A stretch of 64,000 nt of DNA from an uncultured Pseudomonadota bacterium (GTDB lineage: Bacteria > Pseudomonadota > Alphaproteobacteria > Rs-D84): contig CALABO010000008.1 in assembly GCA_937885575.1 (NCBI GenBank), positions 6,294 to 70,293 of the forward strand, in the 5' to 3' direction. The notes under the pieces are model-generated. The model saw only the letters and a list, made by a program, of their open reading frames with translations, searched no databases and had not been told where the DNA came from. Below are positions 44,995-52,717 of the stretch, piece after piece; the first letter of the stretch is position 1, and each line of letters begins with the position of its first letter. Position numbers and translations under genes: made by a program.

Positions 44995-45020
44995 TAACCA
45001 CCAGCCACTAACAATTACAC
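44994..45020 (-). repeat. Family B heptamer tract B6
   Basis: The plus strand reads ATAACCACCAGCCACTAACAATTACAC. The tract contains the MFS TAA stop (45015..45017). Confidence 0.75.
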
Positions 45021-46205
45021 TCTTTTTCTTGCCATCAATACCGCAATCGAAATCACGCCTATTATGGCCGTCACCCACCAAACCGCCGCGGTCGTTCCAA
45101 ACACAGTAATAAATGCCGCACCAATGCCGGGCGCAATCACACTTGGCAAATTGCAACTTGTGCGAAACACGCCATAAAACTTTGTTTGCTGTGCCGGTTT
45201 TGTTCCATCAAAGAACAACAAATCATGCACCGGTTCCATCAGTGCGCCTGAAATCTGCCACAATACAAATATGGCAAGCAGTGGGAAACCGGTCGCAAAT
45301 GTCGCCCACACCGAAAACGCCGCAAACGACCCGAACCCAAGCACAAGCCAAATACTTTTTCCGAATCGCCGCACAAGGTGCCCCATAATTTCCGACAAAA
45401 TCAAATACGGCACGATACCGAAACTTAACACCAAACCCAATGTATCCTTGGTAAACCCGGCCTCTATCACGACAATCGGCACATATAAATACCGCATCGC
45501 GCGCAGCGAATAATAACCAAAGTTCACGATATACGCGCGCTTCATTCCGGGCGTTTTGAAAAATTCCATAGTATTGCGCCAAAGCGCGCGAACGGTGCGC
45601 CGCGGACTGACGGGTTTTATAACTTTGTCTTCTTGGGTCAAATGAAAATACCTAAAAAACACCCAGGCCCCCAAATAAATCGCCGATGACAAAAAGAACG
45701 CCGACCGATTACCGAATCGGGTCGCAACCATCACCGCCAACATCGGCGCGAACAGCGCACCAATATTCATCCACAAATGATACCGCGAATTTAGCCGCGC
45801 CATACCAACATCACGCGAAAAATCTGACATAAACAGTGGCACCAACATCGCGGTAAGCGTGATTGCAAAACCACTGGTGTAATCAAGGACGATAAATGTT
45901 CGTGGCAATACTGAAAAACCCATCATCGCATAGCACACGACCAACATTAACAGTGCAAAATAGAAAACCTTGGTCTTGGAAAATTGGCGAAAAATCTCGT
46001 GCGCGAACAACGCGACAATCATACAGAACACCGAATAAATCGCGACATAGACACCAACAACCGCGGAATTCATAAAGATTTCGAGTATAACCAATGAATA
46101 AACGGCATTATAAATTCCATCGGCAAATCCGGTAAAAATCCCAAGATTCGCGAACGAAAACCCACTAAGCGAACTTCGCATAGAGATATATTTATCTTTG
46201 GCCAT
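45015..46205 (-). CDS. MFS transporter
   Basis: About 396 aa from ATG 46205 (GGGGGGAAAG RBS), with about 12 predicted TM helices. Confidence 0.8.
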   Translation of the reverse strand: MAKDKYISMRSSLSGFSFANLGIFTGFADGIYNAVYSLVILEIFMNSAVVGVYVAIYSVFCMIVALFAHEIFRQFSKTKVFYFALLMLVVCYAMMGFSVLPRTFIVLDYTSGFAITLTAMLVPLFMSDFSRDVGMARLNSRYHLWMNIGALFAPMLAVMVATRFGNRSAFFLSSAIYLGAWVFFRYFHLTQEDKVIKPVSPRRTVRALWRNTMEFFKTPGMKRAYIVNFGYYSLRAMRYLYVPIVVIEAGFTKDTLGLVLSFGIVPYLILSEIMGHLVRRFGKSIWLVLGFGSFAAFSVWATFATGFPLLAIFVLWQISGALMEPVHDLLFFDGTKPAQQTKFYGVFRTSCNLPSVIAPGIGAAFITVFGTTAAVWWVTAIIGVISIAVLMARKRV

Positions 46206-46233
46206 TAAACTAACTTTCCCCCCTACCCTGATA

Positions 46234-46244
46234 AATATATCACA
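46234..46244 (-). promoter_or_regulatory. Extended -10-like element TGTGATATATT upstream of the MFS gene
   Basis: The motif lies on the minus strand about 30 nt upstream of ATG 46205. Confidence 0.4.
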
Positions 46245-46267
46245 AAAACGACCGAATCGCAAAAAAT

Positions 46268-46297
46268 GGTTAGTGTTAATGTAAGTGGTTAGTGGTA
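46268..46297 (+). repeat. Family B heptamer tract B7
   Basis: GGTTAGTGTTAATGTAAGTGGTTAGTGGTA. Confidence 0.85.
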
Positions 46298-46320
46298 TCT
46301 GGAATTTGTTCGTAATTACT

Positions 46321-46399
46321 AACACCAAGCCGGGGCAAAGCCCCGGCGCAGTCTCGGCGTAGTCGCGTCACCGCTGTGCGGTGACGGACGAAGACGGAT
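46321..46399 (-). repeat. Family C structured repeat, copy C2
   Basis: AACACCAAGCCGGGGCAAAGCCCCGGCGCAGTCTCGGC...GTCACCGCTGTGCGGTGACGGACGAAGACGGAT, with two perfect 8-bp hairpins. Confidence 0.8.
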
Positions 46400-46405
46400 A
46401 AAAAA

Positions 46406-46427
46406 ACGCACCTTCCGGTGCGTTTTT
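46406..46427. terminator. Bidirectional intrinsic terminator after secB
   Basis: ACGCACC-TTCC-GGTGCGT flanked by an A7 run (5' side) and a T5 run (3' side). Confidence 0.75.
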
Positions 46428-46428
46428 C

Positions 46429-46869
46429 TTATTTTGCTTCGGCTTGCTTTTGATTCCGCTTTTCATATAAATCTGCGAAATCAACCATCTGCATTGCGAA
46501 CGGTGGGAACCCAGATTCAGCGGTTAAACGTGTCACCAGCGCGCGCACCGCCGGGAACAACAATGTCGGCACATCAATCAGCAAAGTGCGCTTTTTCTTT
46601 TCTTCGTCTTTTTCTTCTTCCATCTGAACAAGGCCGGAATAAGTCGTTTCTATCAAAAATATAGTTTTCGAATCGGCCTTTAACTTTGAATGAATTTTCG
46701 TAATCAAATCAACCATAAACAGGTTCTTTTCCGACCCTTTGACCTGCATATCTATATTGATTTCCAATTCGGCCTGGCCATTATCCTGCTTAAAGAATAA
46801 ATCCGGCACATTTGGGCTTTCGAAAGAAATGTCTTTCAAAAATTGAGATATAATATTGAACTTTGCCAT
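46429..46869 (-). CDS. secB: Protein-export chaperone SecB
   Basis: 146 aa from ATG 46869 (MAKFNIISQFLKDISFESPN), with a typical SecB N-terminus and an acidic/basic tail. Confidence 0.85.
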   Translation of the reverse strand: MAKFNIISQFLKDISFESPNVPDLFFKQDNGQAELEINIDMQVKGSEKNLFMVDLITKIHSKLKADSKTIFLIETTYSGLVQMEEEKDEEKKKRTLLIDVPTLLFPAVRALVTRLTAESGFPPFAMQMVDFADLYEKRNQKQAEAK

Positions 46870-46949
46870 ACGATTGCTCCTTTTTTTATGACTCGTTTTA
46901 TGATAATATAGCACAGAGGGGACGTTTTACAAGTGGGGGAATAAAAAAA

Positions 46950-48053
46950 ATGACAACAAACATAATTAAACTGGTAAAAAGGGGAATTTTACTGGTTATC
47001 GCGGGCGCGGTGCTGGCGTCTTGCGATGTTTCAACGCCGACACATACGGGTGACGATTCGACAATTCCGTCCGGAAATTTGAAAAAAGTATCGTATTCGG
47101 ACCTGCCGGGATGGCGGGATGACGATGTGCGATATGCACTCCAGGCGTTTCGTAATTCGTGCAAGGCAAAAATTCAATACAAGGGTCGCATAATACCCGA
47201 CCGTGCGTTATTCGAAGAAAAATGCAATATGCTGCCCAGCGCCAGTGCCGACAACGAAACGGTGCGCGCATGGTTTGAATCGCACTTTCAACCGTACAAG
47301 ATATATAATGACAACGGCACGACCAAGGGGACATTTACGGGATACTATTCACCAATAATCCCGGCGTGCCGCAAGAAAACCGCCGAATGCAACGAACCAC
47401 TGATGGGCGTACCAACAAACGGACAAAATTTTCGCGGCGTGCCAAAGGAAAAAATCGTAAAGGATAAAATCGGTCGCGTGCTGTATTGGGCAAATATAGT
47501 CGATGTCCAAAACATCCAAATCCAAGGCAGCGGTATGTTAAAACTTGAAGACGGCACAATGGTGAAACTGAACTTTGCCGCCGTGAACGACATGCCGTTC
47601 AAATCCATCGGCGAACAACTGCGCAACCGTGGCATAAAACCCGAAGGCGGATATTCTGCGGACGCGGTTTGGAAGCATCTAAAGAAAAATCCAAAACTGG
47701 CACGCGAAGTAATCTATAACAATCCTCGGTATGTATATTTCTATGAATCTGTGCCACCGGATGTAATTGGAAAACTTGGGACACCGCTTTCAAAAATACG
47801 CAGTATCGCGATGGACGATTCGCTGTATACGTTGGGTTTGCCCGTATACATCGATACGAACCTTTCGAACGGACAGAAATTTAGACGCCTTATGATTGCC
47901 CAAGATACCGGCAGTGCGATACGCGGTTTCGTGCGCGCCGATATATTCTTTGGCAAAGGTGACGAAGCGTATCAATACGCGCACGGTCAACATTCCCAAG
48001 GCGAAATGTATATCCTTATGCCGAAAGAATATGTCTATGTCAAACCAAAATAA
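46950..48053 (+). CDS. mltA: Membrane-bound lytic murein transglycosylase A
   Basis: Lipoprotein-type signal (LVIAGAVLASC), an MltA-specific domain and a 3D domain. ATG 46950 with a GGGGGAA RBS. Confidence 0.8.
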   Translation: MTTNIIKLVKRGILLVIAGAVLASCDVSTPTHTGDDSTIPSGNLKKVSYSDLPGWRDDDVRYALQAFRNSCKAKIQYKGRIIPDRALFEEKCNMLPSASADNETVRAWFESHFQPYKIYNDNGTTKGTFTGYYSPIIPACRKKTAECNEPLMGVPTNGQNFRGVPKEKIVKDKIGRVLYWANIVDVQNIQIQGSGMLKLEDGTMVKLNFAAVNDMPFKSIGEQLRNRGIKPEGGYSADAVWKHLKKNPKLAREVIYNNPRYVYFYESVPPDVIGKLGTPLSKIRSIAMDDSLYTLGLPVYIDTNLSNGQKFRRLMIAQDTGSAIRGFVRADIFFGKGDEAYQYAHGQHSQGEMYILMPKEYVYVKPK

Positions 48054-48369
48054 AAACGATTTTTCCAAACGCGCAAAACGCCCACAAACCATTGCGGGCG
48101 CGCTTGGGGGACTGATGAAAATTTTTGGTGTTCGCGCATCAGATTCCGACCTTGTTGCGCGTTGGCCGGAAATAATCGGCCCGGAAATTTCAAACCTTGC
48201 CGACATTTGTGCGATAAAAAAGCAACGCGACGGAACATATAATATCGTCTTGCGACCACGGAATCCGGCGTATACATTAAATCTGTCCTATATGGTTCCG
48301 GACATAACAAAGAAAATAAATAAATACTTTGGCACCGAATGTGTCGGAAAAATAAGTTTCAGGAAATAA
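48031..48369 (+). CDS. DUF721 (DciA-like) domain protein
   Basis: 112 aa from ATG 48031, overlapping the mltA end. The pattern ...LVARWPEIIGPEISNLA...LRPRNPAYTLNLSYM is typical of DUF721. Confidence 0.55.
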   Translation: MSMSNQNKNDFSKRAKRPQTIAGALGGLMKIFGVRASDSDLVARWPEIIGPEISNLADICAIKKQRDGTYNIVLRPRNPAYTLNLSYMVPDITKKINKYFGTECVGKISFRK

Positions 48370-48373
48370 CAAA

Positions 48374-48871
48374 ATGACGAAACGAATACTTGGCATTGAC
48401 CCCGGACTTTTACATACTGGATGGGCAATCATCGACACAAACGGCAACGAAAGAAAATATGTGGCCAGTGGTGTTATCTTGCCACGAAAAACTGGCGCGC
48501 TTGCAGAACGACTTGCGATTATATTTAACGGTGTCACAAAACTTTGCGAAACATTTGAACCGAACGAATGCAGCATGGAAATAACGTTCGTGAACAAAAA
48601 CCCAACAACCACACTGATTCTGGGGCACGCACGCGCGGCGGCAATGGTTGCGGTGTCTGTGCGCGATATTCCAGTATTTGAATACGAACCAAACAAAGTA
48701 AAAAAGATTCTAACCGGTGCGGGCCATGCGGATAAAACCGCGGTCGATAAAATGGTGCGAATATTACTGCCGGCGGCCGCACCAAAAACGCCGGACGAAA
48801 GCGACGCCATCGCAATCGCCCTGGCCCACGCCAACACAACAAGGTTTGAAAAATTTATTGAAACACCATAG
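48374..48871 (+). CDS. ruvC: Holliday junction resolvase RuvC
   Basis: ILGIDPGL, catalytic acidic residues and C-terminal DESDAIAIALAH. Confidence 0.9.
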   Translation: MTKRILGIDPGLLHTGWAIIDTNGNERKYVASGVILPRKTGALAERLAIIFNGVTKLCETFEPNECSMEITFVNKNPTTTLILGHARAAAMVAVSVRDIPVFEYEPNKVKKILTGAGHADKTAVDKMVRILLPAAAPKTPDESDAIAIALAHANTTRFEKFIETP

Positions 48872-48911
48872 CGGTTTTGATAACATACTTACCATAATCA
48901 AGGAGTTTTTA

Positions 48912-49385
48912 ATGCCAAACGAAACCAACATACTGGATAAAATGGAAAAGCTTAAAAAATTACGGCGCTCTCATCTTAATGCATTGCGCTATATTATAGA
49001 ATATCGCGAAGACAACATATCTTCACCACGGTTAAAAAAAGAAACCGGCCGTGGGAATAGTTTTTTTGAATCAAGATTTACTTACATATTTGTGCGACCA
49101 AGTATAAACGGATTGAATGAAGACCCATTGACTGTGGTACAGACCATATATAAATTATATGGAATAGAAACAAAAAAACATACAACACATCTTGACGACA
49201 TAGAAAGAGAAATTCTTTATGTTGTCCAACCATATGACCAGCTAAGCGACGAGCAACGCAAATTCCTCAACGAATCGTGTTCAAGCAAATCGGAAATAAT
49301 GGACACATTATCTGAAATAATAACACAAATGCCAAAACAACCAGAAAACAACTTTTTGTTTTCGGGCCAAGGTATAAAACGGTAA
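48912..49385 (+). CDS. Hypothetical protein
   Basis: 157 aa from ATG 48912 (AGGAG RBS). No recognised family. Confidence 0.5.
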   Translation: MPNETNILDKMEKLKKLRRSHLNALRYIIEYREDNISSPRLKKETGRGNSFFESRFTYIFVRPSINGLNEDPLTVVQTIYKLYGIETKKHTTHLDDIEREILYVVQPYDQLSDEQRKFLNESCSSKSEIMDTLSEIITQMPKQPENNFLFSGQGIKR

Positions 49386-49451
49386 AGATACGCAACAAAA
49401 GCGAACCCGCCGATAATTCGGCTGGTTCACTGACTCCTAACGCCAATCCAC

Positions 49452-49745
49452 ATGCCATCAAGCAAAGAATTTTTGGATTTCATCCTTGGCCAATTATCCG
49501 CGTTGCCAGACATAACATATCGCGCGATGATGGGCGAATACATTATTTATTATCGCGGGAAAATCATCGGCGGAATTTATGATAACAGATTCTTGGTCAA
49601 ACCAACCGCGGCGGCACAAAAAATTATTCCAAACACAACAAAGGAAATCCCATACCCCGGCGCAAAACCAATGCTGTCGTTTCCCGATATCGAAAACACA
49701 GAATTATTGGTAAAATTATTCAACGCGATGTATGGGGAATTGTAA
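49452..49745 (+). CDS. TfoX N-terminal domain protein
   Basis: 97 aa. FLDFILGQL...MMGEYIIYYRGKIIGGIYDNRFLVK matches the TfoX_N pattern. Confidence 0.65.
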   Translation: MPSSKEFLDFILGQLSALPDITYRAMMGEYIIYYRGKIIGGIYDNRFLVKPTAAAQKIIPNTTKEIPYPGAKPMLSFPDIENTELLVKLFNAMYGEL

Positions 49746-49787
49746 TCGCCACTTCCAACAAAGTCGGTAATTTCTATGACAAGATTA

Positions 49788-49905
49788 GCGACACCTCCCG
49801 GCGTTCCACGCCGTACTCCTCTGGCCAGAGGAGAACTTTGTTCTCGTCCTGTTGCAGTCCAAGTTCCCCTCTGGCTAGAGGGGTGCCCGCAGGGCGGGGT
49901 GTCGC
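49788..49905 (+). repeat. Family A element, full copy A3
   Basis: GCGACACCTCCCGGCGTTCCACGCCGTACTCCTCTGGCCAGAGGAGAAC...AAGTTCCCCTCTGGCTAGAGGGGTGCCCGCAGGGCGGGGTGTCGC. Confidence 0.9.
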
Positions 49906-49929
49906 AAAAAACGCGGGGCGACGCCCCGC
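49906..49929 (-). terminator. Intrinsic terminator downstream of yebC
   Basis: Minus-strand hairpin GCGGGGCG-T-CGCCCCGC followed by GTTTTTT. Confidence 0.7.
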
Positions 49930-49930
49930 G

Positions 49931-49961
49931 CACTAGCACTGACCACTTACACTAACCACTA
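49931..49961 (-). repeat. Family B heptamer tract B8
   Basis: The plus strand reads CACTAGCACTGACCACTTACACTAACCACTA. The tract contains the yebC TAG stop (49959..49961). Confidence 0.85.
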
Positions 49962-50675
49962 ATTTGCGCCGGTAAACACCTTTTGCACATCGTCATTATC
50001 GTCCAACGCGTCAACCAGGCGTTCAACCTTGTCCCATGTTTCTTCGTCCACGTCCACCGGCATATTCGGAACCCATGTCAATTCCGCATTTTCCGGTTCG
50101 CCCAAAACATCGGCAATCTTTTTCTGCACATTCATAAAGTCATCAGGTTTGGTTGTGATAATAAATCCCTCGTCAGTTTTTTCCAAATTATCGGCATCCG
50201 CATCCATAATAATTTCCATCATTTCATCTTCAGTTTTGCCAACGGATGTCGGATAGAAAATTTGCCCAACGCGAGTAAACATAAACGCGACACTGCCCTC
50301 TTCGCCCATATTACCGCCGTGCTTGGAAAAAATATTCCGCACCTCTGGCACAGTGCGCCGCGGGTTGTCGGTCAGCGCCTCTACAATAATCGGCACCGCA
50401 CCAGGGCCGTAACCTTCGTACCGCACCGCCACATAACTTTCGGTGTTTGCACCCGACGCTTTATCAATTGCGCGTTTAATATTATCGTTCGGCATAGAAT
50501 TCTTGCGCGCCTGCAAAATTGCAAGCCGCAACCGCGGGTTATTGTCCGGATTCTTGTCGCCCAGTTTCGCCGCCATCGTGATTTCGCGTGCAAGTTTCGT
50601 GAACAATCCACTGCGTGCCGCGTCGGCAAGACCCTTTTTATGTTGAATGTTGTGCCATTTGCTATGTCCGCTCAT
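49959..50675 (-). CDS. yebC: YebC/PmpR family DNA-binding transcriptional regulator
   Basis: The start is at ATG 50675 (MSGHSKWHNIQHKKG, canonical N-terminus). Confidence 0.9.
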   Translation of the reverse strand: MSGHSKWHNIQHKKGLADAARSGLFTKLAREITMAAKLGDKNPDNNPRLRLAILQARKNSMPNDNIKRAIDKASGANTESYVAVRYEGYGPGAVPIIVEALTDNPRRTVPEVRNIFSKHGGNMGEEGSVAFMFTRVGQIFYPTSVGKTEDEMMEIIMDADADNLEKTDEGFIITTKPDDFMNVQKKIADVLGEPENAELTWVPNMPVDVDEETWDKVERLVDALDDNDDVQKVFTGAN

Positions 50676-50726
50676 GATTTGACCTTTTGATTTAATTAGA
50701 TTAAAATTACCGGCAAAGGATAGCAA

Positions 50727-51302
50727 ATGATTGGAAAATTGCAAGGCATTGTTGATTATATTGGTGACGGGTTCATTATTTTGATGGCTGGCCCCGTCGG
50801 GTACAAGGTCTATACGCCGGAAACATTGACATTGGGGACGAACATATCGCTGTGGATTGAAACGGTCGTGCGCGAAGATTCGATTCGTTTGTTCGGGTTT
50901 GGAACGCCCGCGGCCCAGAATTTATTCAATATGCTAAACGGCGTATCGGGCGTCGGGCCAAAGGTTGCCATGGCGATAATGGGCACGATAAAGACCGATA
51001 CGCTCCTGACCGCAATCGCAACTGGCGATGCAAAAACTATTGCAACCGCGCCGGGTGTCGGCAAAAAGGTCGCGGAAAAAATCATTGTTGAATTAAAGTC
51101 CAAGGTTGGCGGTGCATCGTTTGCGTTTGATACCGGCGGCGACACGGGCGCCCTGCCCGATTTGTTGGCGGCATTGGAAGCATTGGGATATCGGCGCATG
51201 GATATTATCGAAATGGCACAAAAACTTGTTGCACAAAATCCAGACGCCGGCGTATCAAAACTGGTCCCGATGGCATTGAAAGAAATAAGTGGAAATAGAT
51301 AA
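50727..51302 (+). CDS. ruvA: Holliday junction DNA helicase subunit RuvA
   Basis: MIGKLQG N-terminus, HhH motifs (GVGPKVA, GVGKKVAEKI) and a C-terminal domain III. Confidence 0.9.
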   Translation: MIGKLQGIVDYIGDGFIILMAGPVGYKVYTPETLTLGTNISLWIETVVREDSIRLFGFGTPAAQNLFNMLNGVSGVGPKVAMAIMGTIKTDTLLTAIATGDAKTIATAPGVGKKVAEKIIVELKSKVGGASFAFDTGGDTGALPDLLAALEALGYRRMDIIEMAQKLVAQNPDAGVSKLVPMALKEISGNR

Positions 51303-51303
51303 G

Positions 51304-52626
51304 ATGAATAACAACGACACAATCTTTGCATTATCATCTGGGCATGGGAAATCCGGCGTTGCGGTGATTCGCATATCGGGCAACAATTTACACGATTTTG
51401 CAAAAAAAATTATTGGCCGTACGCCAGTACCCCGACATGCGTATTTCACAAACTTGCGCGATGACAATGGTGAAATTATTGACCAATGCGTTGTTATTTA
51501 TTTTGCCGCGCCGCACAGTTTCACCGGCACAGACATCATTGAAATTCAGTGCCACGGCGCGCCGGCGGTGATAAATAAAATCTTTGAATTTTTGCGCGGG
51601 CATAATATGCGGGTCGCCACGCCCGGCGAATTTTCGCGCCGCGCATTTTACAACGGCAAAATGGATTTGTCGGATGTAGATGGACTAATCGCGTTGCTTG
51701 ATGCCCAGACGGACAAACAGCGCGCCGCGGCCCTGCGTTCCATGATGGGCGGCGACAGTGCCGTCTATGAAAATTGGCGCGACCAAATGTTGGAAATATC
51801 CGCATACGCCGCCGCAATGACGGACTATGACGCCGACGATTTACCGCCAAACATTTCTGATATAATTTTGGAACATATAAAAACGCTCTATACGGCGGTT
51901 TCCGGCGTATTGGGCAATTACAAAGTTTCACGTGCAATAATGTGCGGAATAAATATCGCAATCGTTGGCGAAACAAATGTCGGAAAATCTTCGTTATTCA
52001 ATCGCATCGTTGGCGCAAACCGCGCCATAGTATCCGATATCCCCGGCACAACGCGCGATGTCGTGTCCGCACAAATGGACATTGACGGATACATGGTAAA
52101 TTTATCTGATACGGCCGGCCTGCGCAATACGGTGGATTTTGTGGAAAAAATCGGAATTGAACGAACAAATACCGAAATCGCCAACGCCGATATAGTTTTA
52201 CATGTCATCGATGCCACTAGTTCCCCTTCGCCAGCGAAGGGGTGGCGGGTAGCACCTGACGGGGTAGTGGAAATTCTAATTGTAAATAAATCTGACACAA
52301 TCGATTCACGCGACATACGCGGCGCAATCTATGTTTCCGCCAAGACTGGTGCGGGCTTGCCGGAACTTATGCACGAAATCCGGAACCGAATCGCCGAAAT
52401 CACAAACAACGGCGAAAGCACGGTCATGATAAACGCACGCACATACGACCTGTTGATGACCGTGCGCGATGAATTGTTTGCGGCATTGAACAATTTTAAT
52501 GGCGACTATGATATTTTATCTGAACAGGTGCGATACGCGGCGGACGCAATTGGACGAATACTCGGCACAATCGGCACCGCCGAAATACTTGATAAGACCT
52601 TTTCACAATTGTGTTTGGGAAAATAA
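51304..52626 (+). CDS. mnmE: tRNA modification GTPase MnmE (carries an in-frame repeat insertion)
   Basis: N-terminal domain IFALSSGHGKSGVAVIRISG, G domain GETNVGKSS/DTAG/NKSD and a C-terminal CLGK. ATG 51304. Confidence 0.9.
   Translation: MNNNDTIFALSSGHGKSGVAVIRISGNNLHDFAKKIIGRTPVPRHAYFTNLRDDNGEIIDQCVVIYFAAPHSFTGTDIIEIQCHGAPAVINKIFEFLRGHNMRVATPGEFSRRAFYNGKMDLSDVDGLIALLDAQTDKQRAAALRSMMGGDSAVYENWRDQMLEISAYAAAMTDYDADDLPPNISDIILEHIKTLYTAVSGVLGNYKVSRAIMCGINIAIVGETNVGKSSLFNRIVGANRAIVSDIPGTTRDVVSAQMDIDGYMVNLSDTAGLRNTVDFVEKIGIERTNTEIANADIVLHVIDATSSPSPAKGWRVAPDGVVEILIVNKSDTIDSRDIRGAIYVSAKTGAGLPELMHEIRNRIAEITNNGESTVMINARTYDLLMTVRDELFAALNNFNGDYDILSEQVRYAADAIGRILGTIGTAEILDKTFSQLCLGK
52219..52270 (+). 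repeat. Family A half-element A6 embedded in frame in mnmE
   Basis: AGTTCCCCTTCGCCAGCGAAGGGGTGGCGGGTAGCACCTGACGGGGTAGTGG has the same architecture as 26043..26089 and 27561..27611. It encodes SSPSPAKGWRVAPDGVV between the G3 and G4 motifs. Confidence 0.75.
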
Positions 52627-52661
52627 GTGTTAGTGGTTAGTGTTAGTGTAAGTGGTTAGTG
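52627..52661 (+). repeat. Family B heptamer tract B9
   Basis: GTGTTAGTGGTTAGTGTTAGTGTAAGTGGTTAGTG immediately after the mnmE TAA. It has TAG/TAA in all three frames. Confidence 0.9.
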
Positions 52662-52685
52662 CGGGTGCGAATGCACCCGTTTTTT
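52662..52685 (+). terminator. Intrinsic terminator after mnmE
   Basis: CGGGTGC-GAAT-GCACCCG followed by TTTTTT. Confidence 0.8.
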
Positions 52686-52687
52686 AT

Positions 52688-52717
52688 AACTAACCACTAG
52701 CCAATTACACTAATCAC
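52688..52717 (-). repeat. Family B heptamer tract B10
   Basis: The plus strand reads AACTAACCACTAGCCAATTACACTAATCAC. The tract contains the TGA stop of the acyl-CoA ligase gene (52714..52716). Confidence 0.8.

Noticed and set aside
52627-52661. Telomere-like reading of TTAGTGG repeats (compare TTAGGG)
   Set aside because: The tracts are short, internal and dispersed between bacterial genes on both strands. Nothing suggests a linear replicon end.
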